DNA from: the human T2T-CHM13v2.0 reference genome, Homo sapiens | Reading direction: 5' to 3' (one strand) | NCBI RefSeq assembly: GCF_009914755.1 | Contig: NC_060927.1 | Length of the DNA stretch: 64,000 bases | Part shown: one piece after another, positions 51,389 to 64,000 of the stretch | Layout: the number at the start of each line of letters is the position of its first letter | Numbering within the stretch: the stretch's first letter is position 1 | Program-made: the position numbers and the translations under genes | Notes under the pieces: generated by a model | Seen by the model: the letters and a program-made list of their open reading frames with translations, nothing else | Told to the model about the DNA's origin: nothing | Database searches by the model: none

Positions 51389-52078
51389 CAGCAGGTCCTC
51401 AAATAACATTTTGTTCAACATCATTTCTTTATGATGTTGATGGGAAGATAAAATTGGTTCCTGGCCAGAGCCACTGTCTGTGTGGAGTTTGCACGTTTTG
51501 CCCATGACTGTGTGGGTTTTCTCTGGGTTCTCCAGTTTTCTCCCACATCCCAAAGCTGTGCACGTTAGATGAATTGGTGTGTCTACATTTTCCCAGCGTG
51601 AGTGTGGGCATGGGTAAGTGTACCCTGCAATGGGATGGAATCCTGTCCAAGGTTGGTTTCCACCCTTCACCCTGAGCTGTCAGGATTCTCCAGCTGGGAA
51701 TCAAATTTCAACATGAGATTTGGAGGTGATAAATATTGAAACGATACCAATTGGTTTCTTACCCCTGAGGTTGGACTGAACCTTAATGAACTGAACTGAA
51801 TCCTGAACTGTAATAATTGGGTATATAATTATCATACTTGTTTTATTAATCTTTCTTAAATGTATTATAGCTCACATTTATCTCAATGTTTAATATTAGA
51901 AGAGTTTTAGTCTTTATTTAGAAGTTTGATGATGATTTTGTGACGAGACATATGCCATAGAAACTTAACTCTCACTTATATCAATCAGCCTATTATAACA
52001 TTGGTTTCATCATAGGTCATTTCACTTAAACTTGCAGTTGCCAAGCACCTATTGACGATATTAACTCAGGACTTACTG
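51389..52078 (+). mobile_element. MER6A (TcMar-Tigger MITE)
   Basis: cagcaggtcctcaaataac...gccactgtctgtgtggagtttgcacgtt...ggacttactg flanked by TA on both sides. Confidence 0.88.
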
Positions 52079-52469
52079 TATACATGTTTGGGTTCATTTA
52101 TGTCTATGTGTCCATCAAGAATAAATCCCATACATTATTATTATTTAAACTATTACTTTCAAACTCCTCCTCCATCTATTTATATGTCATCTATCATTCT
52201 CCTAATAATACATTAGCTTTTCTACATACCACTTACCAACCCTCATATTTCTTAATTCTCAATTTATAGCTCATTATCAGGTATTCTGGTCATAATTGGA
52301 TTTGGCTAGTAGCTTATTAATCTTTTCAAAAATAATTCGGTAATAACCTATTATATACACAATGTGGGGGATACATTATTGATCAGGGTAGATGGAATTC
52401 CTTTCCTGGGAGCACTTGCCATCTAGAGTAGGGGAAGAGCACTCTATGAACCGATGCTAGTGCTTAAAC

Positions 52470-53051
52470 TGTTAGTTGTTTATTACTGCATAACAAGTTA
52501 TGTCAAAATTTAGAAGGTGTAAACAACAAATATTTATTATTTCCCAGCTTTTCTAGGTCAGGAACCTGGTTATAGTTTAGCAGGGTCTTCTTTCTCAAAA
52601 TTTTACAAGGCTGAAATCAAAATGTTGGCCAGGGCTGTGGTCTCATCTGAAGGATCACCTAGGAGAGTATCTACCTTTCTTTAATTTCACTCACATGGTT
52701 TTGGCAGGATTCAGATTATTGTTGGTTGTTAGACTGAGGATCTCATCTTTATCACTAGCAATGGGATGAAGGTCTCCATCAGTTCCTTATTATGTGGACC
52801 TCTCCATAGGGAAAAAATTACAACAGTGTTTCTAACTTTCATCATAGTAAGCAAGCAAGGGAGAATGAGGAGGGAAATAAGATGGAAGCCAGGGTTCATT
52901 CATGACTCAATCTTGGAAGAGACATCCCATCCATTTTGTGATATTGTGCTCACTAGAAGAAATTCACAACACCTGATTCACACTCAAGGAGAGATTACAC
53001 CAGGGCATGAATCAGGAATTATTGGTAGTTACCTCAGAAGCTATCTACCAC
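52470..53051 (-). mobile_element. MLT1F/G-type MaLR LTR
   Basis: ttagttgtttattactgcataacaa...aaacaacaaatatttattat...agaagctatctaccaca. Confidence 0.8.
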
Positions 53052-53127
53052 AAGCTTGTATTATATAAAAATATCAGTATGTGACCAATTGGAAATGAAA
53101 ATCAAAAAACAACATTGTGTCAAGAAA

Positions 53128-53427
53128 TTTTATTTATTTGCTTTTTTGAGACAGCGTCTCACTCTGTCACCCAGACTGGAGTGCAGTGGCACGATCATGG
53201 CTCACTGTAGGCTTGACCTCCTGGGCTCAGGTAATCCTCCCACCTCAGCCTCTCGATTAGCTGGGACTACAGGTACATGCCACCTTGCCCGGCTATTTTT
53301 TGTATTTTTTCGTAGAGACATGGTTTCACCATGTTGCCCAGACCAGTCTCATACTCCTGTGCTCAAACGATCTGCCCACCCAAAGCAAAGTGCTAGGATT
53401 ACAGGTATGAGCCACCACGCCAGGCCT
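53128..53427 (-). mobile_element. AluJ
   Basis: gatcatggctcactgtaggcttgacctcctgggctcagg, J-type antisense. Confidence 0.92.
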
Positions 53428-55381
53428 GTGGCAAGAATTTTAAAGGGATTCAGATTTTACTCTGTGTTTGTGTCCAAGTTAATAAATTAGAGAGTCTGCC
53501 ACAATCTCATAGATCTGGTAGGAAGAAAAGGGACTCTCGGCACATAGACTAAAGACAGTTTATGACTTGTAGCAATAAGAGTAGGCAGAGTATTTTTCCA
53601 TTGATTCACGGATCTGATTCTCAGATAATACGAAGGGTACTGAATTGCAGTTACACATGCAGTGAACTGCACTACAAAAGAGGGATCCTGAATTTAGGCT
53701 TCCGTATCTTTTTAATGAACAATAAGCATCCCTGCCCTTTCCTCCAAAGGGAGATACTATCTTTATGTTCAGATTGTAGAAAATTTATGTTTCCAGAAGG
53801 AGAAGATAAATTATCTTCTAAGGCTGTGCACTGTACAAACATCTTTGAAAATATAGTTTGGAATAAAGGGCTTTAAGTGACTCTGTCACCCATAAGACAT
53901 GCAGTAACATGAGAGTTCCGTGGGTAATTATCTATCAACATACTGGGTCTTCACCACAGACAGTATGAGAAGCACTGAACTAGAGGTTTTAAACTATTTT
54001 TTAAAGACAAATCTCACAATCACTCTAAAATCACTGAGGTTTATAATACTAAGAGATAGTACTAGACAAGAAAACTTTGACTTATATATGTTTTATTCTT
54101 TTTTAATATTTGAGTCCGAGGTAAGAGTGTGTAATAAAGATTCTGCTACAATGTTGAAAAGAACTAGGTAGAACCTGAGTTGAGTGGGAGAAAGATTAGC
54201 CATGCTTCTTAAGCTTGGCTCCAGCCAAATTCTTGCAATTTCATCAAGATAAACCACAAATTGGAATAAGAACAACAATCCTTGAGGGAGTGCTCTGAAG
54301 AGCTTGCATCATGATGTATGTTTACACCTTGGAAGACCCATGAAATATCACCTATTAACTTTATAGCTTATTTCACAGAAGAGACAACTTTTGCAATGTT
54401 AAACATGAAACACTGATTGAAATGGGAAGACCATGCAAAATCAACTGTGTAAGAGAAGAAAGAGGCATTGTGGTTAGCTTCTAGAAATAACAGAAATCAA
54501 GTTAGTAAATTCTAGAAAAAGTATATGGGCCACAAGAAAGTCATGGAGAAGTGAAAAATACAATAAGAAAACACGAAAAACTGTGAAATCATTTGCATGT
54601 TTTTAGTCAAAAGAGTGAGAAAGGCAAAGAATATGGTGGAAATCTAACCAAATAAAGTTAAATATAAGTTAAGGTTGCACTGTGCAGACTCTACCTCGTA
54701 AGAATGGAAATATATTGGGGGAAAAGGTCGTGCAAATTAAATAATAATTAAAAGCACTTCTGAATATAGTCTAATTTGCTCCATCTTAAGTGAAAGTCTT
54801 GAGAGGAATTTTAAAGAGAGTTATACTTGAGAGAAACAATGATGTCTTGAAGGAGAGGATTTTGAGTTAGATACACAAGGATGAACTTTAGGTACTCAAG
54901 AGGGATTTGGGGGATCCCTGTTACTCTTCCCCCTGACATTGTCAAGTTAGAATAGATAATAAAGAAATAAGTTAGATCTTCATAGTCTCCTCTCTGTTCT
55001 TTGGTGCTATACAGTAAGCCAGATATAAGGAAAAGTTGAAAATCTTGACTTTGATTCTCTCTGTAAACTGGACTGAGATTGGTGCAGAGGTCGAGGTGTC
55101 TTGCTACATAGAGTGCCCTCCTTGTTTGTAACACCTCCCAAGAGTCATGAATGTTGACCCCTTTCACGTGTGTGTGTCTATATGTCTATATGTGCATATA
55201 CAAATCCATGTAAAAATTACAAAAATATAGATAAAACAATGATCTGACTTGCAAATTTCCATCCCAATATAATTTCTGTTTCCAGATGTGCATATGATCA
55301 GTCTGGTATGTATTTCTTCAGATTTCTACAAAGATATTTATGTGGTCATACATGTAGACGTAGAAATGAGATCATATAAAA

Positions 55382-55591
55382 CAGAGTTCAGAAAACTACA
55401 GCCTGTGGACCAAATCTTGTCAACGGCATGCTTTACTGCCTGTGAACCAAGGAAGATTTTTATATTTTTTAATGGTTACATTTTAAATAATTATATAAGA
55501 ACCTACATAACAACTTCAATGTTCTCTCCTGCCCTGCAAAGCCTTAGATATTTACCATCTGGCCCTTCAATGAACAGTCTGCCAATCCTTG
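55382..55591 (+). mobile_element. MER58-family hAT MITE
   Basis: aaactacagcctgtggaccaaatc...gcaaagccttagatatttaccatctggcccttc. Confidence 0.75.
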
Positions 55592-56203
55592 ACATAGAAT
55601 AAACCTTTTCCTAAAATATCTTTATCTACATTTAAAAACATGTCTTGGAAATCTTTCTGTGAAGCTATCTTATTCATTTTAGCTGAAAGATGATAGTCCA
55701 TTGCATGAATTATTGTTGCATAAGCCATTCATCTATTGCTAGATACAAAAATATTGTTCCATTTTTTAATATTACAAATAATTCTGAAATATCCACTCTT
55801 TATAGTTGCCTTTGAGTGCACACAGGCAAGTATTTGCACATGAATGTCTTCATTAATTTTATAAACACATACATTCTCCACAAATTTGAGGGCATTTCCC
55901 ACTTCTAAGAATTTTACCAAAGTCAGACACTCTTGGCTTATAACTTTATGACAATTATTAAATCTCAGGGAGAAATGTAACTATCATGTGGACAGCAGTC
56001 TTACATCAGCAATTATAATACACTTTTGCATCGGCAGTGCTGTAAAGAATGAACCGTTATAACCAGTAAAGTGTTTGGTGAGCACAGAAGTAAAGCAAGA
56101 AGTATCACTTATATAAACTTAATGCTTAAAAGCGTCAGGCTAGTTCACTCGGGTGTATCTATCACTAAAATAGGGATAGTCCTGATAATGGACCATCATA
56201 TGA

Positions 56204-56835
56204 TAGACTGAGTATTCGTTATCCCATACACTTGGGATGAGAAGTATTTCAGATGTCAGATTAAAACAATTATAATATTTACATTCCAATACCATTTGAC
56301 ATGGTTTGGTTCTGTTTCTCTACCCAAATCTCATGTTGAATTGTAATCCCCAATGTAGGTGGAGGGACCTGGGAGATGATTGGATCATGGATGGGTGGAG
56401 AGGATTAGATCATGGGGGCAGATTTCCCCCTGGCTGTTCTCATGATAGTGAGTTCTCATGAGATCTGGTTGTTTTAATGAGATCTGGTTGTTTTAAAGTG
56501 TGTAGCACTTCCCCCTTCACTCTCTGTCTCCTGCTCTGCTATGGTAAACTGTGCTTACTTCCCATTCACCTTCTGCCATGATTGTAAGTTTCCTGAGGCC
56601 TCCCAGCCACTCTTCCTGTATAGCCTGTGGAACTGTGAGTCAATTAACCCTCTTTTCCTTATAAATTACCCAGTCTCAGGTAGTTCTTTAGAGCCATGTG
56701 AGAACGGACTAATACACCATTCAAAATCCAAAATACTCCCATGAGCATTTCCTTTGAGTGCCTTGTCAGCCCTCCAAAAGTCAGATTTCAGAGCATTTCA
56801 GATATCAAATTTTTACATTAGGGATACTCAACTTG
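56204..56835 (+). mobile_element. Tigger4a/MER46-type MITE split by an MSTA LTR
   Basis: gactgagtattcgttatcc...cttgggatgagaagtatttcagat | atgagcatttcctttgagtg...tagggatactcaacttg. Confidence 0.8.
56297..56716 (+). mobile_element. MSTA solo LTR
   Basis: tgacatggtttgg...cccaaatctcatgttgaattgtaatcccc...gagaacggactaataca; 5-bp TSD ccatt at 56292-56296 and 56717-56721. Confidence 0.92.
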
Positions 56836-57379
56836 TTTTGGCTACTCCTTCTTTTCAATAGACTCTGTAAGATTCTTATTTAAAATATGCAACTCTACCT
56901 CTGTATACTGGCACAGTATAGGAACACTCATCATTTCCTGAAAGTGAAAATAAATATACTGACCTGTCTTTGCTTTTGAGATTGATATTCAGTGGCGCAT
57001 GATTAGAGGAGCGTGTATTATAGGAGAATAGATGAAATTTAATTAACTAAATTCATGGGATTACTATGTAATAATAATGAAGTCATATTACATGTACTGT
57101 TGAAAACACTTATTCTAGCCAATTTCAAGTACTATAGTTAATTTGTAGGGAGTACAGAGTGAATCAACTAGAGAAATATGCAAAAGAATAACATATTTAA
57201 AAAGACGAAGTATGATTTTGAAACAATATGATTAAAACAGCACATTTATTTACCTGCTCACAAAGGTTTTATCTATATAATGTCAGAGCATATATTTTAA
57301 GAACATACACTAACCATATTCCAGTAATTTCATGGCTATCATAAAAAAGAAAGATTGAACACTCTAGGCTGTCCTAAAG

Positions 57380-59002
57380 CAGTCATTTTCAAATTTAAAT
57401 ATGCATCAGTATCCTTGGAGAGCCTCTTAAGACAGATTGCTGGAACCCACACCTAGAGTTTCTGATTTGGTTGGTGTGATGGCTTTTTGGTGTGTGAACT
57501 TGGCTAGGCTACACTAAGTTCCTCATAATTCCTTCTTGTAGGTTTCTACATAGAGTGGGCTACCAGAGATAGCCTCTTAAGAGTTGGAAGAAGGAAGGAA
57601 AGCAGCAGCCACTTCGTACCATACACAAACCACCTTTTCCCAGTGATTCAGTGAAGCGCTGATATTAGTACTGCTGTGAAAGGATCTGGCAGGTGTAATT
57701 AACATCCTAATTAGTTGACTTTAAGGAGGTCATTTGGCACCATTGTAGAAAGCCCCCACTAGGACAATGCTTAGTGGAGGCTTGGAGAGTGAGGCTTCCC
57801 CCAAGATGCCAGACCTGCAGAGCCACAAGTGTGCAACAACTCTAGCCTGGAAGAGCTACAGAACCTAACTCCAACCGCTGAGAGCTGCCGTGCAGCCTGC
57901 ACCCAGCAAAGTGATGATGGTGGGCTGCCCCAGGCCTTAGGGGACCAACCTCCACCCCAGTGTGTCCAGATAGTCATGCATAGAGTCAAAGAAGATTTTT
58001 CTCAAGCCTCAAGATTTCATATTGTTTGCCCTATTGAGTTTTGAACTTACTCAGGGCCTTTTACTACTTTCCTCTTATCTATTTCTGCTTTTTGGAATTG
58101 GAATATCTATTTAATGCTTGTCCCACCATTGTATTTTGGAAGCACATAAGATGTTTGATTTCACAGGCTCACAGCTTAGAGAGCAATTTGCCTCAGAATG
58201 AATCATACCTTGAGCCTCACCCAAATCTGATTTACATAACGTTTAGATGAGACTTTGGACTTAGACTTTAAAGTTGATGCTGGAAAAATTAAGACTTTGA
58301 AGGCTGTTGAAATGGAATAAATGTATTTTGTATGTGAGAAAAACATGAATTTCGGAAGCCCAGGGATGAATTGCTACAGTTTGAATGTAGTGTCCCCTCC
58401 AAAATTTATGGTGAAACTTAATTCCCATTGCAGTGATATTAAGAGAGGGTCTTTAATGAGTTGACTATGTCATGATGACTCTGCTCTCATGAATGGATTA
58501 ATGCTTTATAAAAGAGGCTTTGGAGAGTGTTTGCTCCTTTTTGTTCTTATGCTCCTCTGCCATGTGAAGATGGAGCAGACACACAACATGCCTGTGCTTA
58601 ATCTTGGACATCTCAGCCTCCAGAACTCTGATGAAGTTTATGTTCTTTATGAATTAAAAATAAATAAATAAATTAGGGAGATAATCTTGGGTGGACCTGA
58701 CTTAATCAGGTGGAAGGCCTTAAAAGAGTACCTAGAATTTCCATCCTGAGAGAGGGATTGAAAAAGAAGGGGAGGGGAGAGGAAGAAGGGAGAGGAGGGG
58801 AAAGTAGGAGTGCAGAGAAAGAGGAGAGGAGAGGAGAGGAGAGGAGAGAAGAGAAAAACAGAAGACAGAGAGGAAGAGAGACTCCCACTACGGACAACAG
58901 CTTCATCCCGTGCTCATGGGGTTTTAGCCTGCCAGCTTCTTATAATAGATTCATCTCTCTCTCTCCACTGCTGGTCTGGAATTACATTTTGAAAATCACT
59001 AT
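57380..59002 (+). mobile_element. Nested stack: MER5A containing an MLT2 LTR (~57475-58950), which contains MaLR-int plus an MST/MLT1A LTR (~57740-58670)
   Basis: MER5A 5' half (atgcatcagtatccttggagagcctcttaagacagattgctgg..cccacacctagagtttctgatt) and 3' end (ctgctggtctgg..acattttgaaaatcact); MLT2 tgtgatggc..aacttggctaggcta and gggagataatcttgggtggacctgacttaatcag; MaLR int-LTR junction gggatgaattgctacagtttgaatg. Confidence 0.75.
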
Positions 59003-59159
59003 ACTAAAGGATTGAACATGAGCCAATGTGTATGAATTACCTAGGGAAAAATATTAAACATAAGATAGAGGTATCAAACAACCTGGAATTTTCAGTAATG
59101 AGTAATCTGCCTTGTGTAGAAGTATAGTTTAGTTCTCTCTATTACAAATGTTCAAGCTG

Positions 59160-59365
59160 AGTTTGGATAATAATGGCACACACCGAGTACTTACCATGTG
59201 CCTGGCAATCTTCACAACACACACATATATACACTACCCAAGTATTTTTTTTATTATGGCACTCAGAGAGTATACATAATTTGCTCAAGGTCACAGCAGA
59301 GGTGGTAAAACTTGGATGACAATGAGACAGTCTGGCTGAAAGCCCATGTTCTCCTGAATAACAGC
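59160..59365 (-). mobile_element. MIR
   Basis: gagtacttaccatgtgcctggca...atggcactcagagag..taatttgctcaaggtcacagc. Confidence 0.8.
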
Positions 59366-60689
59366 AATACTGCCAATGTACAGAGATGCCATCAGATACA
59401 GAAGAAACAGCCAGCTTGAATAATTCTTTCATTTTACTCTTTTTTTCCCCACTCTCAGAATTGACTCCTTTGATTATTTGTTTGTGTAAACAGTCTTAGT
59501 TTTATAAACATGAACACTAAGCCCCCTGGTGACTTGGATAAAATGTTCATATTTTAATTTTTGTAATAATACAGATTATAATTTTTTCTATCACGGGATG
59601 ACTCAAGTGAATTTAGACCTCAGTTCCTTTTTTCATATTGATATTTGTGTTTTTCTGAAAACTTCAAAGTGTGCATACAGCTCTGCTTAAAGAAGTCTTT
59701 ATTATATGGTACATGTTTGCAGATTAAAGGTTCCAGAAGAGAAAAGGTTTTCAGGGCCCAAAATGTTATCAGTGAACTATATCATCTTTATCATTAATCA
59801 TCATCTGCTATGTCATGCTTGCTCTCCATCTGGTTGGGTATCAGGTGTGATGTTGAATAGTTTCAGTACATTAATTCCCAACTAGTGACTACTGGTGGCA
59901 GGCAGATCAGGTTATTCTGTGAGTATTTATTGACTCTGTTAATTGTTTGACAAATCATTGTTGACTACCATACACAGAATGGCAGATGGCCAGTAAAGTG
60001 TTAAATAAAATTTTCTGTACTTTTGTGATCTCTCGATAGATCTTATATTTAAAAAAATTAAAAAGAAGAAGCATTCTTTATTTAAGAGGATGAATGAATT
60101 ATGATATAAAATCAAGGTATGAATAATTTTAGTATGAAAATTAAGCCTGATTTAAAATAGAGTAATGAAGATCAAATTAAACTTAAATGCTCACACAATT
60201 AAGGGTTGTTTTCAGGATCTTTTGAGCTTCCCTGATAATAAGTTTATTAGAAAGTGTTCTAGTAATCAATATTATAACAGTAGAAGAGTGAACCTGGGAA
60301 AGAATCCAGAGAGAGTGGAATAGTCCGTGGCACAAATGCTTTTTGGATGGAAAAATGAAAGTGAGACAAGGGTGAATTTATGTTCTTTTCCAGTGTTTTT
60401 ACACATATGAAATTTCAAAATAGCCTGAGTAAGAGAAATTCAGTAATGGAACATGTTTAATTATTTTCACCTTTAAAACTTCAGAAAAATAAATTTAAAT
60501 TTCAAAAATTTGCTGATGGAGAAATTTGAAAAACAAATTTAGGAAATATAATGTAGAATGATCTGAATACTGGGAAACCAGTCCTAAGAAATGACAATGA
60601 ACTGTATAAGAAATTCACAACTACATCTAGAACGGATTTCCCTCTTTCCTTCATTTCATCTTGTGTCTCATTCACCACTGCCTTCCTAT

Positions 60690-61142
60690 ATTAACTTGCC
60701 TAATGCAAGCTGATTTAATAAATAAACCTCAAAAGTTCAGTGACAACACAACTGAAGCTTATTTCTTGCTAAGATAACACTTCTGGTGCAAATGTTTCTA
60801 GTCTGAATGTGAATTTCTTCCATCTAAAGGTTTAGAGATTCATTTTTTTTTTAATCATGGAATTCTCCCATTGTCTAGCATTCCAGAGTCTTCTGTGCTG
60901 AGATCAAAGAAGGTGAAAAAAGGAGACAGTGAAGAAGATATTCACACTTCTTAACCTCCTCATACTAGAAGTGACATATGTTACTTTCACTGACATTCTG
61001 ACAGCAAAAAATAGGCATATGCCCTCACTTAAATGCAAGGGAGTCTGGCACATGTAGTTTCTGTCTGGGCAGCCAGTTCCCAGCCACCACACTATTCTGT
61101 GGAGGAACGGCATACATTTTCCTGAATGGTTAACTCTCTCTG
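60690..61142 (-). mobile_element. Old MLT1 (J/K/L-type) LTR
   Basis: aaacctcaaaagttcagtgacaacacaac..gcttatttcttgct...agaagtgacatatgttactttcactgacattctg...gcaagggagtctgg. Confidence 0.7.
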
Positions 61143-61859
61143 ACAAATTATTTCACAGATGTTGTGTTTATATTTGTGGAATAAATAGGTTAGGGTGACA
61201 TTTAATTGGACTACCCTCTGGGAGAGGAAATGATCACCAAGGTGAGAGGTCATCAGTGAAAGTTATGGAGTTTTCTCTCTTGGATAAATGGCAACAGGTA
61301 GAAGCAGGTGCCAGCTGCCGTCCTGCTTCATCACGCTTTAAGTCTCCTTCTTCTGAATTTTTTTTCTGAAGTCTAATGATCAAATTACAAAGTTCATGAG
61401 GATAGCGTTCAACTGCATGGGATACTTGCTATTTCAAAACTCAAAATACTCATCCATTCCATGAAGCTTTTCTAGACTTACTGAATCTCTTCTAATATTT
61501 CCTTATATTTAGCTTCTGAAATACCTCATCAGAATGGCATCTTCTTGATTTGTGATTCAGCTGTAATTAGCAGTGCCCCCTTCTAAATTATCCTTAAGAC
61601 TTTTAATTGTCTTCTAATTCTTTCTCCCACCACAGTCTCTCTGTCAAACACATCAACAAATATATCATCAAACATCATCTACATACTATAGGGAAAAGTC
61701 CTAAAGAGGTCTTGCAGTGACTTAAGTTATGTTTAAAATGTTTGCTATGTTAAAATATATCAAATGCTTATTAGTCCAAATAATAATGCTAGGATCAATG
61801 GGTGGGGATTGGAGAGAAGTAGATCTTAGTGCAATATGAGCAGACACTTATAGAGAGTC

Positions 61860-62105
61860 AATGAGGTATAATAGGAAGTACACTGAACTTGGAATGCAAA
61901 CACTTTTGTTTGTATGTCTGCAACAACATGTATTGTACTGGCTGTTGTGGTATCAGAGAGATCAGTTACCCTCTTTAAATCTTAATTTCCTGATGCATAA
62001 AATGAGGATTATTAAAAACAATCTTTTCCTTCTACTATACGATCACATGACTATCAAAGGTAATGTCAGTGAGACCCTTTTCTAAACCGTAATGTGCTGC
62101 TCAAA
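61860..62105 (+). mobile_element. MIR
   Basis: cagttaccctctttaaatcttaatttcctgatgcataaaatgaggattatt. Confidence 0.7.
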
Positions 62106-64000
62106 TGTGAAATTATCACCTATTAGAACTTTATCTTAATGGAACAAGGTTTCTCGCCAAGTAAGAGATTCTCTTTCACTTGAGTCACGGTGGCCATTCA
62201 CACTGGGCCTTCCATATTAGCTGGAGGTTAGGATGAGTGCTCTCAAGGGTCTCCTCAAACTGGGAGATCATCTGGTTTTATTCCTGTGAAACTCTTCATT
62301 TTGCAGGTAAGGAAATCAGAGAGGTAAGGTGACTTTCCCCAATGTAATTGCTAGAGCCAGAACTCTCTTATCATAAATGACATCATTTTTTTTTTTCTGG
62401 AATCATGTGGGCTTCGATCTTAGCTTTATCTTGGCTTCCTTTAGCCCTTTCTGTCATCTTATTTTGATTGCTGTTTTCTTGCCTACTGACCCAAGAGCAC
62501 ATGCTTTGACTTCATACACAATAATTCCTCCACACTTTGAAGAGATCTAAGTAATATATCTATCAATATCCTGATGGCTCAACTGGTTTTTAGAAGATAT
62601 AAATCATTCAAATGACTGTTTCACTTGATACTCAAGTTCAGTATGTGTTCTAAGCTTAAGTTAAACTTGGTATGGTCATCTAGGAATTGTACTAGCATTG
62701 ATACAGTATAACGACAGTACTAGCTACATGAAAGACTAAAACATTACAGAATGATTTTACAATGATCCACAATGTCTGACTATATAGATTGAAATAAAGA
62801 AAAATGTCATTACCCCTGTAGCATCTATAAATATTAATATATTTAAATTTTTAAAGACTGGTATTTTCTAATGTCTAAGGAAATAGTTTTCAATGAAATA
62901 AGCTTTCAGTAGATATTTACTTTGACTGGTTTCTACTATGTAAAATAATAGAAGAGAAGATGGTTTCCCCATTCAAATTTAGCAGTCTAATATGATGGCA
63001 ATGGAGTGGGAGAACAACAATAGACGTAATCAATTACCAATGACTTGGTCTCTAAGTTTGTCTCAATAAATATATACCTTAGCATGAATCAAGTTACTTT
63101 ATTTTAAAAATCTGCATCAGAGAAATGAAATTACATGATGTTCTTTAGTATTTGTTGGTCATCTTCACTGAGATTATCAAATCTGTTAAATTGGAAATAT
63201 TTTCTTTCTCTGCAATCTCACCATTAAAATACTCCGGTTCTCAAACTCCCAATTTGGAAAAATTAATTTCATATTATTCTAAATTTAGAGAGGACAATAT
63301 TATGTAATTTTAATAGAACAAAAAGGCAAACATATACAGTGAAATTATGATGTATTGATCTGTTTTACCAACAAATCATACTTGCTAATATTGAGAAAAA
63401 ATATAATTAGAAAATTCTATTCCTTGCATATTGGAAATAATATTTCATGTCTGTAGCCTTTATAGCACTCTGTTTACTATTCCATTGAAAACTTTATCTG
63501 GGCATTGGAAAATGCAGGAAAAGACTGTTGATAGACTCGTGTATCAATACTAGGCAACCTTTTTAAATGGTTTATTACATTTCTGACACTTGTGATTAAC
63601 AAGTATATGAAAGATATTGCTATTTACAAATTTCATAACTGGATAATGTTTCTTAAAGCTGAAGCTTTATTAGAGTCACATGCTTGAAAATAACTTCATG
63701 AAATCTCAGCATTTTCTCCATCCATTGATGGCTTAGCATATAGTGTGGTCCTTAAATATTAGTTATTATTATCCCAGAAATGGATGAGCTGAGTTAGATG
63801 TATGTAACAAGTCACAAGAGACCACGTTTGTTCTTTTCTTGAGTCTTTACTCAATATATTGCAAGCTACATAAGGAATTTACTATCCTCATGGAGAAATT
63901 TTAACTTTTAAAATATTCTCTTTTTGTTCTTCATTCTTTAAAATGCAAATGTTGGCTGTCACAAAACAAAGCAGTTTATCACTTTCTCTCAGAGAAAATA

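Noticed and set aside
53056-53490. 144-aa ORF
   Set aside because: Antisense AluJ-derived.

Overview
AT-rich, gene-poor primate (probably human or other catarrhine) genomic DNA. It carries AluJ/S/Y, L1PB/L1M, L2, MIR, MaLR (MST/MLT), MER11, MER34/MER67-type LTRs and Tigger/Charlie MITEs. No intact protein-coding gene is supported; the listed ORFs are chance or repeat-derived. The main discovery is a heavily decayed, roughly 6.6 kb retroelement fossil on the minus strand (~21935-28530). By-eye three-frame translation gives collinear motifs in the order gag-like, protease, RT, RNase H/tether, integrase, then an env-like class I fusion (F-type) glycoprotein with a TM anchor. The motifs resemble env-bearing Ty3/gypsy elements or lokiretroviruses rather than ordinary mammalian ERVs. 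Two MIR SINEs interrupt its integrase, so it is very old. The protein comparisons are from my recollection of family consensus motifs and need tblastn/HMM confirmation. Secondary observations: an inversion-duplication inside an L1, locally templated insertions, nested TE stacks and a few candidate non-coding exons.
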